Shown piece by piece: positions 50,656 through 61,208 of a stretch of DNA of 64,000 nucleotides (position 1 is the stretch's first letter; every line of letters begins with the position of its first letter). This stretch comes from Methylotenera sp. (GTDB taxonomy: Bacteria; Pseudomonadota; Gammaproteobacteria; Burkholderiales; Methylophilaceae). A program made the position numbers and the translations under genes. The DNA lies in assembly GCA_044222005.1 (NCBI GenBank), contig JBGANY010000002.1:82426-146425 (forward strand), read 5' to 3'. The notes beneath the pieces were generated by a model, which worked only from the letters and a program-made list of their open reading frames with translations, was not told the DNA's origin and did no database searches.

Positions 50656-51818
50656 GCTGGTAAACCCTTCTGTAGACGGCGATTTTCATAATCAATTCTC
50701 AGCAGCACAGCCATGGCAATGCAATTGGCCAGTATGCCGCTGCCGCCAAACGAGAGCAGCGGTAGTGTTAAACCTTTGGTTGGCAGCACGCCCATGTTCA
50801 CGCCGATATTGATAATGCCTTGCACGCCAATCCATACGCCTAGGCCTTGAGCCAGCAACGCAGCAAAATAGCGCTCATTCGCTACGGCCTCTTTGCCGAT
50901 ACCAAAGGCGCGGATCACGATCCAGACAAACAAGCCCAGCACTGTCAGCACACCCACAAACCCTAGCTCCTCTGCAATTACTGCAAGCAAAAAGTCGGTA
51001 TGCGCTTCTGGCAGATACAGCAATTTTTCAACGCTCGCCCCCAGGCCCACGCCAAACCATTCACCACGCCCAAAGGCGATTAACGCATGCGAAAGCTGGT
51101 AACCTTTACCGAACGGATCTGCCCATGGATCCAGAAACCCGATCACGCGCTGCAAGCGATAAGGCGAGCTCCAGATCAGCACATAAATGGCTACCGGCAA
51201 TAAAGCCAGCAAACCGGCAAAGATTTTGGCATTGATGCCGCCCAGCCAAAGAATGGAAATCGAAATCGCCGCAATCACAGCGAATGCGCCAAAGTCAGGC
51301 TCACGCAGCAGCAAAAATCCAACCAGCACCATTACCGCCACCATCGGCAAAAAGCCGCGCACGATGCTATCCATTTGTGGGGCTTTGCGTACCGCGTAAT
51401 CGGCGACGTACATGGCAGCAAACAACTTCATCAATTCGGAGGGCTGCAAATTGATGACAAATAGCGAAAGCCAGCGCTGACTGCCGTTCACGTTGCGCCC
51501 GATGCCAGGAATAAGCACCAGCACCAGCAGCGCCAGCCCAGCCAGGAACAGATAGGGCGCTGCTTTTTGCCACATCGCGATGGGGATTTGAAACGACACA
51601 AAACCCGTGACCAAACCGATGGCAATAAAAATGGCCTGCCGGATGAGGAAATAGGTGCTTTGATGCCCAACCGCCTTATCTGCCTCGGCGATAGCAATCG
51701 AGGCGGAATACACCATGACCAGGCCCAATCCCAATAGAATGAAAACGACCCATAGCAGCATCTGGTCATAATTGGGCGCGTTGAGGCGCTCGCGACTATT
51801 CATGACAGACGCTAGCAT
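50652..51818 (-). CDS. ftsW: Peptidoglycan glycosyltransferase / lipid II flippase-family protein FtsW
   Basis: SEDS-family polytopic protein (SELMK, PEAHTDF). Confidence 0.95.
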   Translation of the reverse strand: MLASVMNSRERLNAPNYDQMLLWVVFILLGLGLVMVYSASIAIAEADKAVGHQSTYFLIRQAIFIAIGLVTGFVSFQIPIAMWQKAAPYLFLAGLALLVLVLIPGIGRNVNGSQRWLSLFVINLQPSELMKLFAAMYVADYAVRKAPQMDSIVRGFLPMVAVMVLVGFLLLREPDFGAFAVIAAISISILWLGGINAKIFAGLLALLPVAIYVLIWSSPYRLQRVIGFLDPWADPFGKGYQLSHALIAFGRGEWFGVGLGASVEKLLYLPEAHTDFLLAVIAEELGFVGVLTVLGLFVWIVIRAFGIGKEAVANERYFAALLAQGLGVWIGVQGIINIGVNMGVLPTKGLTLPLLSFGGSGILANCIAMAVLLRIDYENRRLQKGLPA

Positions 51819-53212
51819 GCGGCCACCTTTTTATTTTCCAGCGCCAACCGCTTCACCGCATCCACAAACACCTCTGCGCGGTGCACATAATTTCTGAACA
51901 TATCGAAACTGGCGCAGGCAGGGGATAGCAATACCGCATCACCCGCATTGGCAATTTTTTTAGCGATATTGACAGCTTCCGGCAAATCCGCCGCCCGGTA
52001 TAAAGGTACTTGTTTTTCTAATGAAGGAGTTGCCAATAACACCGCTTCGATCAATGCCGCATCACGGCCGAACAGCACCACGGCACGCGCATTGGCCTGC
52101 ACGGCTGGCACCAGGGGTGAAAAATCCTGCCCCTTGCCGTCGCCGCCTGCAATCAGCACTACCTTTTGCGGTTTGTCATTTTTAGTCATGCCAGCAATCG
52201 CCGCGCAAGTCGCACCTACGTTGGTGCCTTTTGAGTCATCATAAAAATCAACCCCATCAATATTGGCAACCCATTCCACGCGGTGTGGCAGCCCCTTAAA
52301 ATGACGCAGCGCCTGAACAATCGATGTCCTATCAATGCCGATTGCACTGCATAACGCGGCCGCTGCAAGCGCATTGGCCACATTATGCTGACCCGCGATT
52401 CTGAGTTCGCTCGCTTTGCATAATTTGCGCTGCCCGCTCGCCAGGTAATGTTCTTCTTTACACTTAGTCAAGCCGAAATCATTCATAGTAGGCGCGGCAT
52501 TCAGGCCAAAGGTCACCGTATGTTTGTGATGCATGGCCAGGGTTATGGCATCGTCGCGATTCAATACGCTCGTTTTTGCATGCGCTAAGATGCGCGCTTT
52601 AGCGGCTGTATAATCGGCAATGCTGGCGTATCTATCCATGTGGTCTTCACACACATTCAATACCGTTGCAGCATCCAGGTTTAAGCCATGCGTAGTTTCC
52701 AGTTGAAAACTGGAAAGTTCCAGCACATACACATCCGGCGTCTCCATTTGCAGCGCATCCAACACTGGCAAGCCGATATTGCCTGCCACAATGGCTTTTA
52801 GGCCCGCTTCCTTGCAGATCTCACCTACTAAGGTTGTCACAGTGGTTTTGCCGTTTGAGCCGGTAATGCCAATTACTTTTGCGTTTTTCGGCCGGTGCTG
52901 CGCGAACAACTCGATATCGCCAATCACTGGAATGCCTTGCTTGACCGCGGCCTGCACGGCAGGCTCACTCAAAGCCACGCCCGGGCTAATCACGATCAAC
53001 TCGGCGCGCAATAGCACTTCCGGCTGAAACGCGCCTGTATGAATTTCAACCTGCGGCATACGTCTGATCACGTCATCCACACCAGGCGGATTCTCACGCG
53101 AATCGGCCACCGACAGAATAGCGCCCTTGGAGGCCAGCCAGCGCAACGCTGACTGCCCTGTTTCACCAAGGCCCAGCACTAAGACACGTTTATTTTTAAG
53201 TTCAACTTTCAT
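51812..53212 (-). CDS. murD: UDP-N-acetylmuramoylalanine--D-glutamate ligase
   Basis: [10 protein letters not shown] and [10 protein letters not shown] motifs. Confidence 0.95.
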   Translation of the reverse strand: MKVELKNKRVLVLGLGETGQSALRWLASKGAILSVADSRENPPGVDDVIRRMPQVEIHTGAFQPEVLLRAELIVISPGVALSEPAVQAAVKQGIPVIGDIELFAQHRPKNAKVIGITGSNGKTTVTTLVGEICKEAGLKAIVAGNIGLPVLDALQMETPDVYVLELSSFQLETTHGLNLDAATVLNVCEDHMDRYASIADYTAAKARILAHAKTSVLNRDDAITLAMHHKHTVTFGLNAAPTMNDFGLTKCKEEHYLASGQRKLCKASELRIAGQHNVANALAAAALCSAIGIDRTSIVQALRHFKGLPHRVEWVANIDGVDFYDDSKGTNVGATCAAIAGMTKNDKPQKVVLIAGGDGKGQDFSPLVPAVQANARAVVLFGRDAALIEAVLLATPSLEKQVPLYRAADLPEAVNIAKKIANAGDAVLLSPACASFDMFRNYVHRAEVFVDAVKRLALENKKVAAC

Positions 53213-53224
53213 TTTTTGTTTTAG

Positions 53225-54328
53225 TCATCTCAGTTTCAGCGTGGATAAGCCAACCAATACCAGCATCATGGTAATAATCCAGAACCGCACCACGACCTGT
53301 GTCTCCTTCCAGCCTTTTTGCTCATAGTGATGATGCAGCGGCGCCATTAGGAAGATACGCTGTCCGACTCCCGTTTTATATTTGGTGTATTTGAAATACA
53401 TGACCTGCAACGCGACCGAGAAGGTTTCCACCACAAATACGCCACCCATAATAAACAGCACGATTTCCTGTCGGACAATGACGGCCACCACGCCCAGCGC
53501 GGCCCCCAAGGCCAGCGCGCCCACATCGCCCATGAACACTTCTGCCGGATAGGCGTTGAACCACAGAAAACCTAGGCCAGCACCCGCCATGGCGGCACAG
53601 AACACCATCAGTTCACCGGAGCCCGCAACGTATGGAACGCCCAAATATTTTGAAAAGTACAAATGCCCCGCCACATAGGCAAATATGGCAAGCGCACTGC
53701 CGACCATCACGGTGGGCATAATCGCCAGTCCGTCCAGCCCGTCGGTAAGATTCACTGCATTGCTGCTGCCGACAATCACCAGATAGGTCAGCACAATAAA
53801 ACCGACAGCGCTTAGAGGCAGCACCACATGTTTGAAAAATGGGAAAATCAACGTAGTTTCTACCGGCGTTACGGAAGTTTTGAACAGAAAGATCGCCACG
53901 CCCAAACCGATCACGCTTTGCCAAAAGTATTTGGCCTTGGCCGACAAGCCTTTAGGGTTTTTATAAACCACCTTGCGGTAGTCGTCTACCCAGCCAATCG
54001 CGCCGAAGCCCAGCGTGGTTACCAGCACCACCCAGATATATTTGTTATGCAAGTCACCCCATAACAAGGTGGCAATCGCAATCGCCACCAGTATCAGCGC
54101 ACCACCCATCGTCGGCGTGCCGGCCTTGATCAGATGCGTTTGCGGGCCATCGTCACGCACCGCCTGGCCAACCTTGTACTCTGTCAGCTTGCGTATCATT
54201 TTCGGGCCCACCATGAATGAAATGATAAGCGCTGTCAGCGTTGCCAGCACCGCGCGCAACGTGATGTAGTTAAACACATTAAAGCCGCGAATATCGTGTG
54301 CCAACCAGCGAGCAAGTTCTAGCAGCAT
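53225..54328 (-). CDS. mraY: Phospho-N-acetylmuramoyl-pentapeptide transferase
   Basis: [13 protein letters not shown] and HHHYE motifs. Confidence 0.97.
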   Translation of the reverse strand: MLLELARWLAHDIRGFNVFNYITLRAVLATLTALIISFMVGPKMIRKLTEYKVGQAVRDDGPQTHLIKAGTPTMGGALILVAIAIATLLWGDLHNKYIWVVLVTTLGFGAIGWVDDYRKVVYKNPKGLSAKAKYFWQSVIGLGVAIFLFKTSVTPVETTLIFPFFKHVVLPLSAVGFIVLTYLVIVGSSNAVNLTDGLDGLAIMPTVMVGSALAIFAYVAGHLYFSKYLGVPYVAGSGELMVFCAAMAGAGLGFLWFNAYPAEVFMGDVGALALGAALGVVAVIVRQEIVLFIMGGVFVVETFSVALQVMYFKYTKYKTGVGQRIFLMAPLHHHYEQKGWKETQVVVRFWIITMMLVLVGLSTLKLR

Positions 54329-55596
54329 GACTTTTTCTCCATTTCACTATTTTTTTCTATCAGTTGATTTACAACGCGCTCCATTTGCATAAAACGTGAG
54401 CCTTTTACCTTGGCCGCCAGCTGACTCAGTTCGCCAAAAGTAAGCAGTTGACCGATGCCTTTTTGTTTGGCGTACAAGCCAATATCGGCGTGCATTTGCG
54501 GCGCATCTTCGCCCAATTCGGCCATATCGCCCATCACAAAGATTTGTGTGCCTTTCTGACTTGCGAGCACATCAATCGCCGCTTTCATCGAATCCGGATT
54601 TGCGTTGTAAGTGTCGTCAATCAACACCGCGCCATTGCAGCCTTGCAGCCAATTGAGGCGGCCTTTAACCGCATGGAACCCGGCCAGTCCTGTGGCGATA
54701 TCCGCATTGCTAATTCCCAGCGAAACCGCCACAGCGCTTGCTGCCAGCGCGTTATGAACATTGTGTACACCTAACACGCTGAGCTCGAACTGGGTTTTGC
54801 CATTGGGTGTTTTCAGGTGGATTTGCGTTAAATTCTCATGTGCCTGGTAGCTTGCGCTTACGTCAGCAAGCGCTGTCAACCCAAATGTGATGACTTTTCT
54901 TGTTGTATTGAGCGACTTCCAATAATCTGCAAAATCATCGTCGGCGTTGATAATGGCGACGCCATCTTGAGCCAAGCCTTCATAGATTTCACCTTTGGCA
55001 CGCGCAATCCCCTCGCGCGAACCTACTTCACCAATATGCGCAGTACCCGCGTTGTTGACAACTGCAACATCCGGCTGTGCCAGTTTTGTCAGATAGCGGA
55101 TTTCGCCTTCGTGGTTCATGCCCATTTCAATCACCGCAAAAGCATGCTCCTGGCGCAGTTTCAGCAAGGTCATCGGCATGCCAATGTCGTTATTCAGATT
55201 GCCCTGCGTGGCCAATACGCTTTGATTCGTGGCAGCCAGAATCGCAGCGATCATCTCCTTGACAGTGGTTTTGCCATTGCTGCCAGTTACCGCCACCAGC
55301 GGCAGCTTGAATTTATCGCGCCAGTATTTTGCTAGCTGCCCCAACGCCAAACGCGTATCGGACACGATGACTGCCGGGCTGGCTTGTGTGTTAGCATCTG
55401 ATACCAACGCCGCCGCAGCGCCTTGTTTGATAGCTTCTGCCGCGTAGGTATTGCCGTCAAAGCGCTCGCCCTTGATGCCAACAAACAGTTGATTTTTCGC
55501 AATATGACGGCTGTCAGAACCCACGCTTTCGCATAGCACATCTGTGCCCGTCATGCGTCCAGCCACCGCGTTGGCAATCTCGGAGAGCATCATCAT
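54319..55596 (-). CDS. murF: UDP-N-acetylmuramoyl-tripeptide--D-alanyl-D-alanine ligase
   Basis: VTGSNGKTT and DDTYNANP motifs. Confidence 0.93.
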   Translation of the reverse strand: MMMLSEIANAVAGRMTGTDVLCESVGSDSRHIAKNQLFVGIKGERFDGNTYAAEAIKQGAAAALVSDANTQASPAVIVSDTRLALGQLAKYWRDKFKLPLVAVTGSNGKTTVKEMIAAILAATNQSVLATQGNLNNDIGMPMTLLKLRQEHAFAVIEMGMNHEGEIRYLTKLAQPDVAVVNNAGTAHIGEVGSREGIARAKGEIYEGLAQDGVAIINADDDFADYWKSLNTTRKVITFGLTALADVSASYQAHENLTQIHLKTPNGKTQFELSVLGVHNVHNALAASAVAVSLGISNADIATGLAGFHAVKGRLNWLQGCNGAVLIDDTYNANPDSMKAAIDVLASQKGTQIFVMGDMAELGEDAPQMHADIGLYAKQKGIGQLLTFGELSQLAAKVKGSRFMQMERVVNQLIEKNSEMEKKSCC

Positions 55597-57026
55597 ACGA
55601 ATGCCCTTTCATATATCTTGAGCACATCTTTCGCCTGCTCAACATCGCTGAAATAGTGTTTTTTACCGGCGATTTCCTGATAGTCTTCATGGCCTTTGCC
55701 GGCAATGAGTACGATATCGCCCGGCTTGGCTGACAGTATGCCGACCGAGATGGCCTTGGCACGGTCTTCTTCTATGGCAAAATTACCGTGCATCCCGCTC
55801 ACTATATCCTGAATGATTTTTTCAGGCGCTTCGTCACGCGGATTATCCGAGGTCACCACCACCGCATCGGCAAATTCGCTGGCAATCCTGCCCATCAATT
55901 CGCGTTTGCCTGCATCGCGGTTGCCGCCGCAGCCGAACACACAAATCAATTTGGAACCTGCCTGCACCTTCAATGTGGATAACACCTTCTCAAGCGCATC
56001 CGGCGTATGTGCATAATCCACCACTACCAAAGGCAGGTTGCCGCCGCCAATCTGCTGCATGCGGCCACTGGCGGATTGGATGTGCAAAATCGCGTCTATC
56101 GCTTCATCCAGACTCACTTTCGAGATCAGCAAGACCGCCAGTACAGCCAGCACGTTATAGACATTAAACCGCCCGATCAAACTGGCTTTCACCGGCGCAT
56201 TGCCAGATGGCGTGATGGCATAAAAGGTAAAATGCGTGTTCTCAAAATGCAGCTCGGTCGCCCTCACATCACCGCGCTCAATACCGTATGTCATCACAGA
56301 GGTACCTGCACCCGTCAAATCTTTTTCGACTTCCTGGCCAAACACATCATCCGCATTAAGCACCGCATATTTCAGGTCACTCGCATCAAATAAGCGACGT
56401 TTCGCAGCGGCATAATCCTCAAAAGTCTCGTGATAATCCAGATGGTCGCGCGATAGATTGCTGAGCACGGCCACATCAAAATGCACCGCCCTGACTCTGC
56501 CCTGATGCAAGCCGTGCGACGACACTTCCATTGCAACGGTCGTGACTTCCTGTTTGACATAATCCGCGAGCATCTCCTGCAGCGACACCGCATCTGGGGT
56601 GGTGTTTGAAGTTGGGCTCAACTGGCCTGGCAAACCATTTCCCAGGGTACCGATCACCGCTGTCTTGCGCCCCAAATAATTAAAACACTGGCTCAGCCAT
56701 TGCGTAATCGAGGTTTTGCCGTTGGTACCTGTCACGCCTACCATCCACATTTTTGTCGATGGGTTTTTGTAAAACTGGCTTGCAATATCACCGGCTTGCA
56801 GCCGCAACTGCTTAACCGGTTTGTTTTCAATATCCCAATCCGCGTTCCAGTCAAACCCTTCCGGATCCCAAAGTACCGCGGCAGCGCCGTTTTTAATGGC
56901 ATCCGCAATATACCGGCGGCCATCCGACTTGTCGCCTGGATACGCCAGAAACAGGCTGCCCGGCAGCACTTTTCGGCTATCGACGGTGATGTTCTTTACC
57001 GGGGTTTTGATTTGATAGTTTGTCAT
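55593..57026 (-). CDS. murE: UDP-N-acetylmuramoyl-L-alanyl-D-glutamate--2,6-diaminopimelate ligase
   Basis: VTGTNGKTS, DYAHTPDAL and DNPR motifs. Confidence 0.95.
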   Translation of the reverse strand: MTNYQIKTPVKNITVDSRKVLPGSLFLAYPGDKSDGRRYIADAIKNGAAAVLWDPEGFDWNADWDIENKPVKQLRLQAGDIASQFYKNPSTKMWMVGVTGTNGKTSITQWLSQCFNYLGRKTAVIGTLGNGLPGQLSPTSNTTPDAVSLQEMLADYVKQEVTTVAMEVSSHGLHQGRVRAVHFDVAVLSNLSRDHLDYHETFEDYAAAKRRLFDASDLKYAVLNADDVFGQEVEKDLTGAGTSVMTYGIERGDVRATELHFENTHFTFYAITPSGNAPVKASLIGRFNVYNVLAVLAVLLISKVSLDEAIDAILHIQSASGRMQQIGGGNLPLVVVDYAHTPDALEKVLSTLKVQAGSKLICVFGCGGNRDAGKRELMGRIASEFADAVVVTSDNPRDEAPEKIIQDIVSGMHGNFAIEEDRAKAISVGILSAKPGDIVLIAGKGHEDYQEIAGKKHYFSDVEQAKDVLKIYERAFV

Positions 57027-58759
57027 ATCACTTCTTTTACATCTTCGGCCGCATCGGGTGGAATCACGACATTGTCATTTGGCGAGTCTTGCGGCACCGC
57101 CAGCATGCGCAGCGCATCGGCCATCACCGCGCTAAATACCGGCGCGGCAACTACGCCACCGTAATATTGGTCTTTTTCTATATTGGGCTCGTCTATCATC
57201 ACCGCCATGATTAGGCGCGGATTGGATGCGGGCGCCAATCCCACAAAAGAACCCACGTATTTATCCGGCTCGTATCCAGCTGGGCCGAGTTTGTGTGCCG
57301 TACCAGTTTTGCCTGCCACACGATACCCTGCAACCTGCGCTCTGAGTGCCGTGCCACCTGGCTGCACGACCAGTTCCAGCATATCCTTCACATCATTCGC
57401 GACCTGTGCAGAAAAGACCTGATGTCCTACCGGCGCATCTTTTAATTTTGCAAGAGAAACAGGCTTGAGCTCGCCCTCGTTACAAAAAACCGTATAGGCA
57501 CGTGCCAATTGCAGCAAGGTCACACTGATGCCGTGTCCGTACGACATCGTGGCCTGTTCGATCGGACGCCAGGTTTTATAGGGCCGCACCTTGCCGGAGG
57601 CTTCGCCAGGGAAACCAATATGCGTAGGCGCACCAAAACCCAGCTGATTAAATGTGCTCCACAGCTCTTCTTTTTTAAGGCTCAGCGCCATCTTAGCGGC
57701 ACCTACGTTAGAAGATTTCTGTATCACTTCCGCCACTGAGAGTACGCCATGCGGATGCGCGTCATTGATGGTGGCTGGACCAATTGACATATGGCCTGGT
57801 GCGGTTTGAATTTTGGTGTCCGGTTTAAAATCACCAAACTGCATCGCCGCCGAGGCTGTAACCGGCTTCATTGTTGAGCCTGGCTCAAAAATATCCGTGA
57901 TCGCGCGATTACGCGTTTTGCCTTTGATATTGACAGGGTTATTTGGATTGTAGGTGGGTAAATTCACCATCGCCAGCACTTCACCCGTTTTGGCATCCAA
58001 AATCACTGCAGCGCCTGCAGCGGCCTTATGCTGCTCAACCGCTTTAGCAAGCTCTCTAAAGACCAAATATTGAAGGCGCCTATCTATACTCAACACCAGG
58101 TCGCGGCCATCCTGCGGCACTTTGACCGCTTCCAGATCCTCAACGATATGCCCTTTTCTATCCTGGATTACGCGGCGACTGCCGGGTTTGCCGGAAAGCA
58201 CGCTATTTTGTGCCAGCTCAAAACCTTCCTGGCCGTTGTCATCAATGCCAGTAAACCCGACCAGATGTGCTGTCACATCGCCTGCGGGATAAAAACGCTT
58301 ATATTCGCGCTGCAAAAACACGCCCGGGATTTCCAGACTCATCACCTTGGCCGCCAAATCTGGGGAAATGCGCCGTTTCAAATAAACGAACTCACGTTCT
58401 CTGTTGGCAATCTTTTTGTCAATATCCTTGGTTTTAATCGTCAGCAATTTGGCCAGCGCGGTTTTTTGCTGTTTATTCATTTCGACGTCTGGCGGACTTG
58501 CCCATACCGATTCAACCGGACTGCTAATCGCTAACAGCTCGCCGTTTCTATCGGTAATCTTGCCGCGATGCGCCTGCAGCACGAGCGTGCGGCTATAGCG
58601 TGCGTCGCCTTTTTGCTGCAGGAAGGTTTTATGTAAGCTTTGCAAATAAATGCCACGCGCCAACAGAGCGGAAAAACCAAGCAATACAAGAATGAGCAGC
58701 ACGCGCCTGCGCCATGCTGGCAACTTGACGATATGATGTTGTGCTTGGCTATAGGCCAT
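57023..58759 (-). CDS. ftsI: Peptidoglycan D,D-transpeptidase FtsI (PBP3)
   Basis: N-terminal anchor and transpeptidase motifs (STMK, SSN, KTGT). Confidence 0.95.
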   Translation of the reverse strand: MAYSQAQHHIVKLPAWRRRVLLILVLLGFSALLARGIYLQSLHKTFLQQKGDARYSRTLVLQAHRGKITDRNGELLAISSPVESVWASPPDVEMNKQQKTALAKLLTIKTKDIDKKIANREREFVYLKRRISPDLAAKVMSLEIPGVFLQREYKRFYPAGDVTAHLVGFTGIDDNGQEGFELAQNSVLSGKPGSRRVIQDRKGHIVEDLEAVKVPQDGRDLVLSIDRRLQYLVFRELAKAVEQHKAAAGAAVILDAKTGEVLAMVNLPTYNPNNPVNIKGKTRNRAITDIFEPGSTMKPVTASAAMQFGDFKPDTKIQTAPGHMSIGPATINDAHPHGVLSVAEVIQKSSNVGAAKMALSLKKEELWSTFNQLGFGAPTHIGFPGEASGKVRPYKTWRPIEQATMSYGHGISVTLLQLARAYTVFCNEGELKPVSLAKLKDAPVGHQVFSAQVANDVKDMLELVVQPGGTALRAQVAGYRVAGKTGTAHKLGPAGYEPDKYVGSFVGLAPASNPRLIMAVMIDEPNIEKDQYYGGVVAAPVFSAVMADALRMLAVPQDSPNDNVVIPPDAAEDVKEVI

Positions 58760-58760
58760 G

Positions 58761-59036
58761 TCAGTGCGCCATGTCTTCTAGTGAAATCACCTGAATGCGT
58801 TTTGCATCAGGCACTTGCATTTGCAATTTCTTGGTGGCGAGGTCTTCGATTCGCGAGTGCATCGCCCATGTGCTCTGCTCGAGCTGCAATTGGCCATATT
58901 CGGTTTCATATTTTTTGGTCAGGTCTTGCTGCTGCTCCAGCTCAAAATACAATTTGCGCGCCTTATGTTGCGAAGTCACCACGCCCAGACTCACCACAAT
59001 GAGCACAAAGAACAGAATCAGATTTAGGCGTGTCAT
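58761..59036 (-). CDS. ftsL: Cell division protein FtsL
   Basis: 91 aa with a TM segment plus a leucine-zipper-like coil, between rsmH and ftsI. Confidence 0.85.
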   Translation of the reverse strand: MTRLNLILFFVLIVVSLGVVTSQHKARKLYFELEQQQDLTKKYETEYGQLQLEQSTWAMHSRIEDLATKKLQMQVPDAKRIQVISLEDMAH

Positions 59037-60040
59037 GCTGTGGCCGTTCTTTCTGCCACGCGCATTACGGCGCTTCTGGCACGCACATTAAGCTTGATTT
59101 CATTGGCGCCTGGCTTGATGGCACGGCCAATCGAAACCAGCCGCGCCTGAGGCAAATCTTTGGCTTTGATAGGAAAATTGGCGGGCAAATCATCGCGATT
59201 TTCTTCACTTTGTATAAACCGCTTCACGATCCTGTCTTCCAGCGAATGAAAGCTGATCACCACCAGCCTGCCACCTGCATTTAACAGACTCAGACATTGC
59301 GGCAATATCAGCGATAACTCCTCAAGCTCCTGATTGACGAAAATCCGTAAAGCTTGAAAGGTACGCGTTGCAGGGTTCTGCCCCGGTTCGACCTTGGGGA
59401 TTGCACTTGCCACGACCTTGGCAAGTTGTCCGGTAGTGGTGATGGCGCGCCCGTCTGTGCGCTCCTTAATAATCGCCCTTGCAACCTGCTTAGCAAACCG
59501 TTCTTCACCATAGTCTTTTATTACCTTCCCTAGTTGTTGTTCTGAAATTGTGGTTAACAGTTCTGCTACCGTTTTGCCACGCGTTTGATCCATGCGCATA
59601 TCAAGCGGACCGTCATATCTGAAACTGAAGCCGCGCTCACCTTCATCAATTTGCGGCGACGAAATCCCCAAATCCAGCAATATGCCGTCTACGCCCGTCA
59701 AATGATTTTCTGTTGCCAATTGATTGATTTCTGAAAAGTGCCGGTGCTCGATTTTGAATCGCACATCGCTGATTTGTTTACCAACTTCCAAAGCCGCCAA
59801 ATCCCTGTCCATAGCGAACAGGCGGCCTTGTTCATTCAATCTGGATAATATTTTTCGGCTGTGCCCCCCACGTCCGAATGTGCCGTCAATATATGTGCCA
59901 CTTGGCTTGATGTTGAGCGCATCGACTGCCTCATCAAGTAAAACCGTGATATGCGAAGAGATTAGAGGCATAGCAGCTGCTGACACTTTTTCTGAAGACA
60001 CTGGGGCTGCTGCGGGCGCCGACGTCGCGCCCATCATCAT
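59033..60040 (-). CDS. rsmH: 16S rRNA (cytosine1402-N4)-methyltransferase
   Basis: HITVLLDEAV ... DGTFGRGGHS motifs. The start at 60040 gives an ATGA overlap with mraZ and an Ala/Ser-rich extension of about 23 aa. The alternative start is the MPLISSH Met. Confidence 0.93.
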   Translation of the reverse strand: MMMGATSAPAAAPVSSEKVSAAAMPLISSHITVLLDEAVDALNIKPSGTYIDGTFGRGGHSRKILSRLNEQGRLFAMDRDLAALEVGKQISDVRFKIEHRHFSEINQLATENHLTGVDGILLDLGISSPQIDEGERGFSFRYDGPLDMRMDQTRGKTVAELLTTISEQQLGKVIKDYGEERFAKQVARAIIKERTDGRAITTTGQLAKVVASAIPKVEPGQNPATRTFQALRIFVNQELEELSLILPQCLSLLNAGGRLVVISFHSLEDRIVKRFIQSEENRDDLPANFPIKAKDLPQARLVSIGRAIKPGANEIKLNVRARSAVMRVAERTATA

Positions 60041-60483
60041 AGTGAGAAACCTTCTAGTTCTGCGGGCATTTCAATGCCATCGCCGTTCATTACGTTTTCA
60101 AGCTGCTTGCGCCATGCTTCCATATTCCACATCTCAAAATGGCTGCCCTGGCCCACCAACATGACTTCTTTTTCCAGCCCGGCGAATTCGCGCAGAACCG
60201 GCGAAACCAGCATACGGCCTGCGCTATCAAGCGCGATGTCTTCCGCATAACCCACCAGCAAACGCTGCAAGCTGGAAGACTGCCTGTCAAAACTGGAAAG
60301 CGCCATCATTTTGGCCTGAATCGGCTCCCACGCGGGCTGGGGATACAACAACAGGCAGCGATGCGGATGCGCGGTCAACACCACATTGCCCGCAGATTGC
60401 GTCAAAAGCGCTTCACGATGCCTGGCCGGCACCGCCAGCCTGCCTTTTGCATCCATACTCAAATTTGTCGCACCGCGAAACAT
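60037..60483 (-). CDS. mraZ: Transcriptional regulator MraZ
   Basis: MFRGATNLSMDAKGRLAVPARHRE and a second SpoVT/AbrB-like repeat (LDSAGRMLVSPVLREFAGL). Confidence 0.95.
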   Translation of the reverse strand: MFRGATNLSMDAKGRLAVPARHREALLTQSAGNVVLTAHPHRCLLLYPQPAWEPIQAKMMALSSFDRQSSSLQRLLVGYAEDIALDSAGRMLVSPVLREFAGLEKEVMLVGQGSHFEMWNMEAWRKQLENVMNGDGIEMPAELEGFSL

Positions 60484-60566
60484 GTTTGATTAAAAACCTT
60501 ATAATTTCTAATATCGATTTGATTAAAAAGTGAGGAATCACCAACCACCCTTAGTAAAGCAAGAAA

Positions 60567-60596
60567 TTCCCCACAAAAACCCACTTTCCCCCACTA
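60567..60596 (-). promoter_or_regulatory. MraZ operator: three GTGGG direct repeats with 10-bp periodicity
   Basis: The minus strand reads GTGGGGGAAA GTGGGTTTTT GTGGGGAATT, about 85-110 nt upstream of the mraZ ATG. This matches the known MraZ repeat-binding architecture. Confidence 0.6.
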
Positions 60597-60602
60597 AATT
60601 GC

Positions 60603-60631
60603 ACTATAGATAAAAAAAAAGCGCTTTGCAA
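60603..60631 (-). promoter_or_regulatory. Putative dcw (Pmra-like) promoter
   Basis: Minus strand: -35 TTGCAA (60631-60626), a 17-nt spacer, and -10 TATAGT (60608-60603). The GTGGG repeats begin about 8 nt downstream of the -10. Confidence 0.4.
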
Positions 60632-60638
60632 GCACTTT
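60611..60638 (-). terminator. Possible rho-independent terminator downstream of rnpB
   Basis: Minus strand aaagtgc-ttgcaaa-gcgcttt followed by a T-run. The 7-bp stem contains one G-U pair. It overlaps the proposed -35. Confidence 0.35.
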
Positions 60639-60780
60639 ATTAAGATTTTTTTCTTTATAAGACAAAGACTTAGCGCATTTTTGTATAAAAACAAACATGT
60701 TAATAATCAACATGTTATAAAATCAAGTGAATGTAAGTTGTGAGCGCTATTGACTATGTATTTGAATTGCATCGAAGGAA

Positions 60781-61111
60781 AAAGAAGCTAGCCGATAAGC
60801 CGGGTTCTGTCGTGCATTGCTGCACGTAACAGTCATTCATCTAGGCGCACAATTGCTCGTGCGCTCAAGCAACCCACCCGCCAGTGACGCGAGCCACGTC
60901 TAGCTATTTTCATAGCTCACTGGCCTATTTGGTCTTGCTGCAGATGGAGGTTACCGCGTTTCACGTCCGCAACTACCGAAGTAATTGCATACTCGTCTCT
61001 GTGGCCCTGTTCCTCGTCTCACGACGTACGGCCGTTAGCCGTCATCTTGCTCTGTGCAGCCCGGACTTTCCTCCCCTTGTTTACACAAGCGGCGACTGTC
61101 TAGCTAGCTTC
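60781..61111 (-). ncRNA. rnpB: RNase P RNA (bacterial type A)
   Basis: The reverse complement reads GAAGCTAGCTAGACAGTCGCCGCTT ... GGGGAGGAAAGTCCGGGCTGCACAG ... GCAAGACCAAATAGG ... GGTTGCTTGAGC ... GCCTAGATGAATGACTGT ... CACGACAGAACCCGGCTTATCGGCTAGCTTC. This is colinear with E. coli M1 RNA, including P1 pairing of the two ends. The ends are approximate, within about 5 nt. Confidence 0.92.
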
Positions 61112-61208
61112 GCTGTTATTTTATCACAGATGAACAGGGCTTTAGTACCTACAGCATGTTCTGATATGCTACAGCCCAATATCCATGAGGCTTCCAGAGC
61201 ATCTTTTT

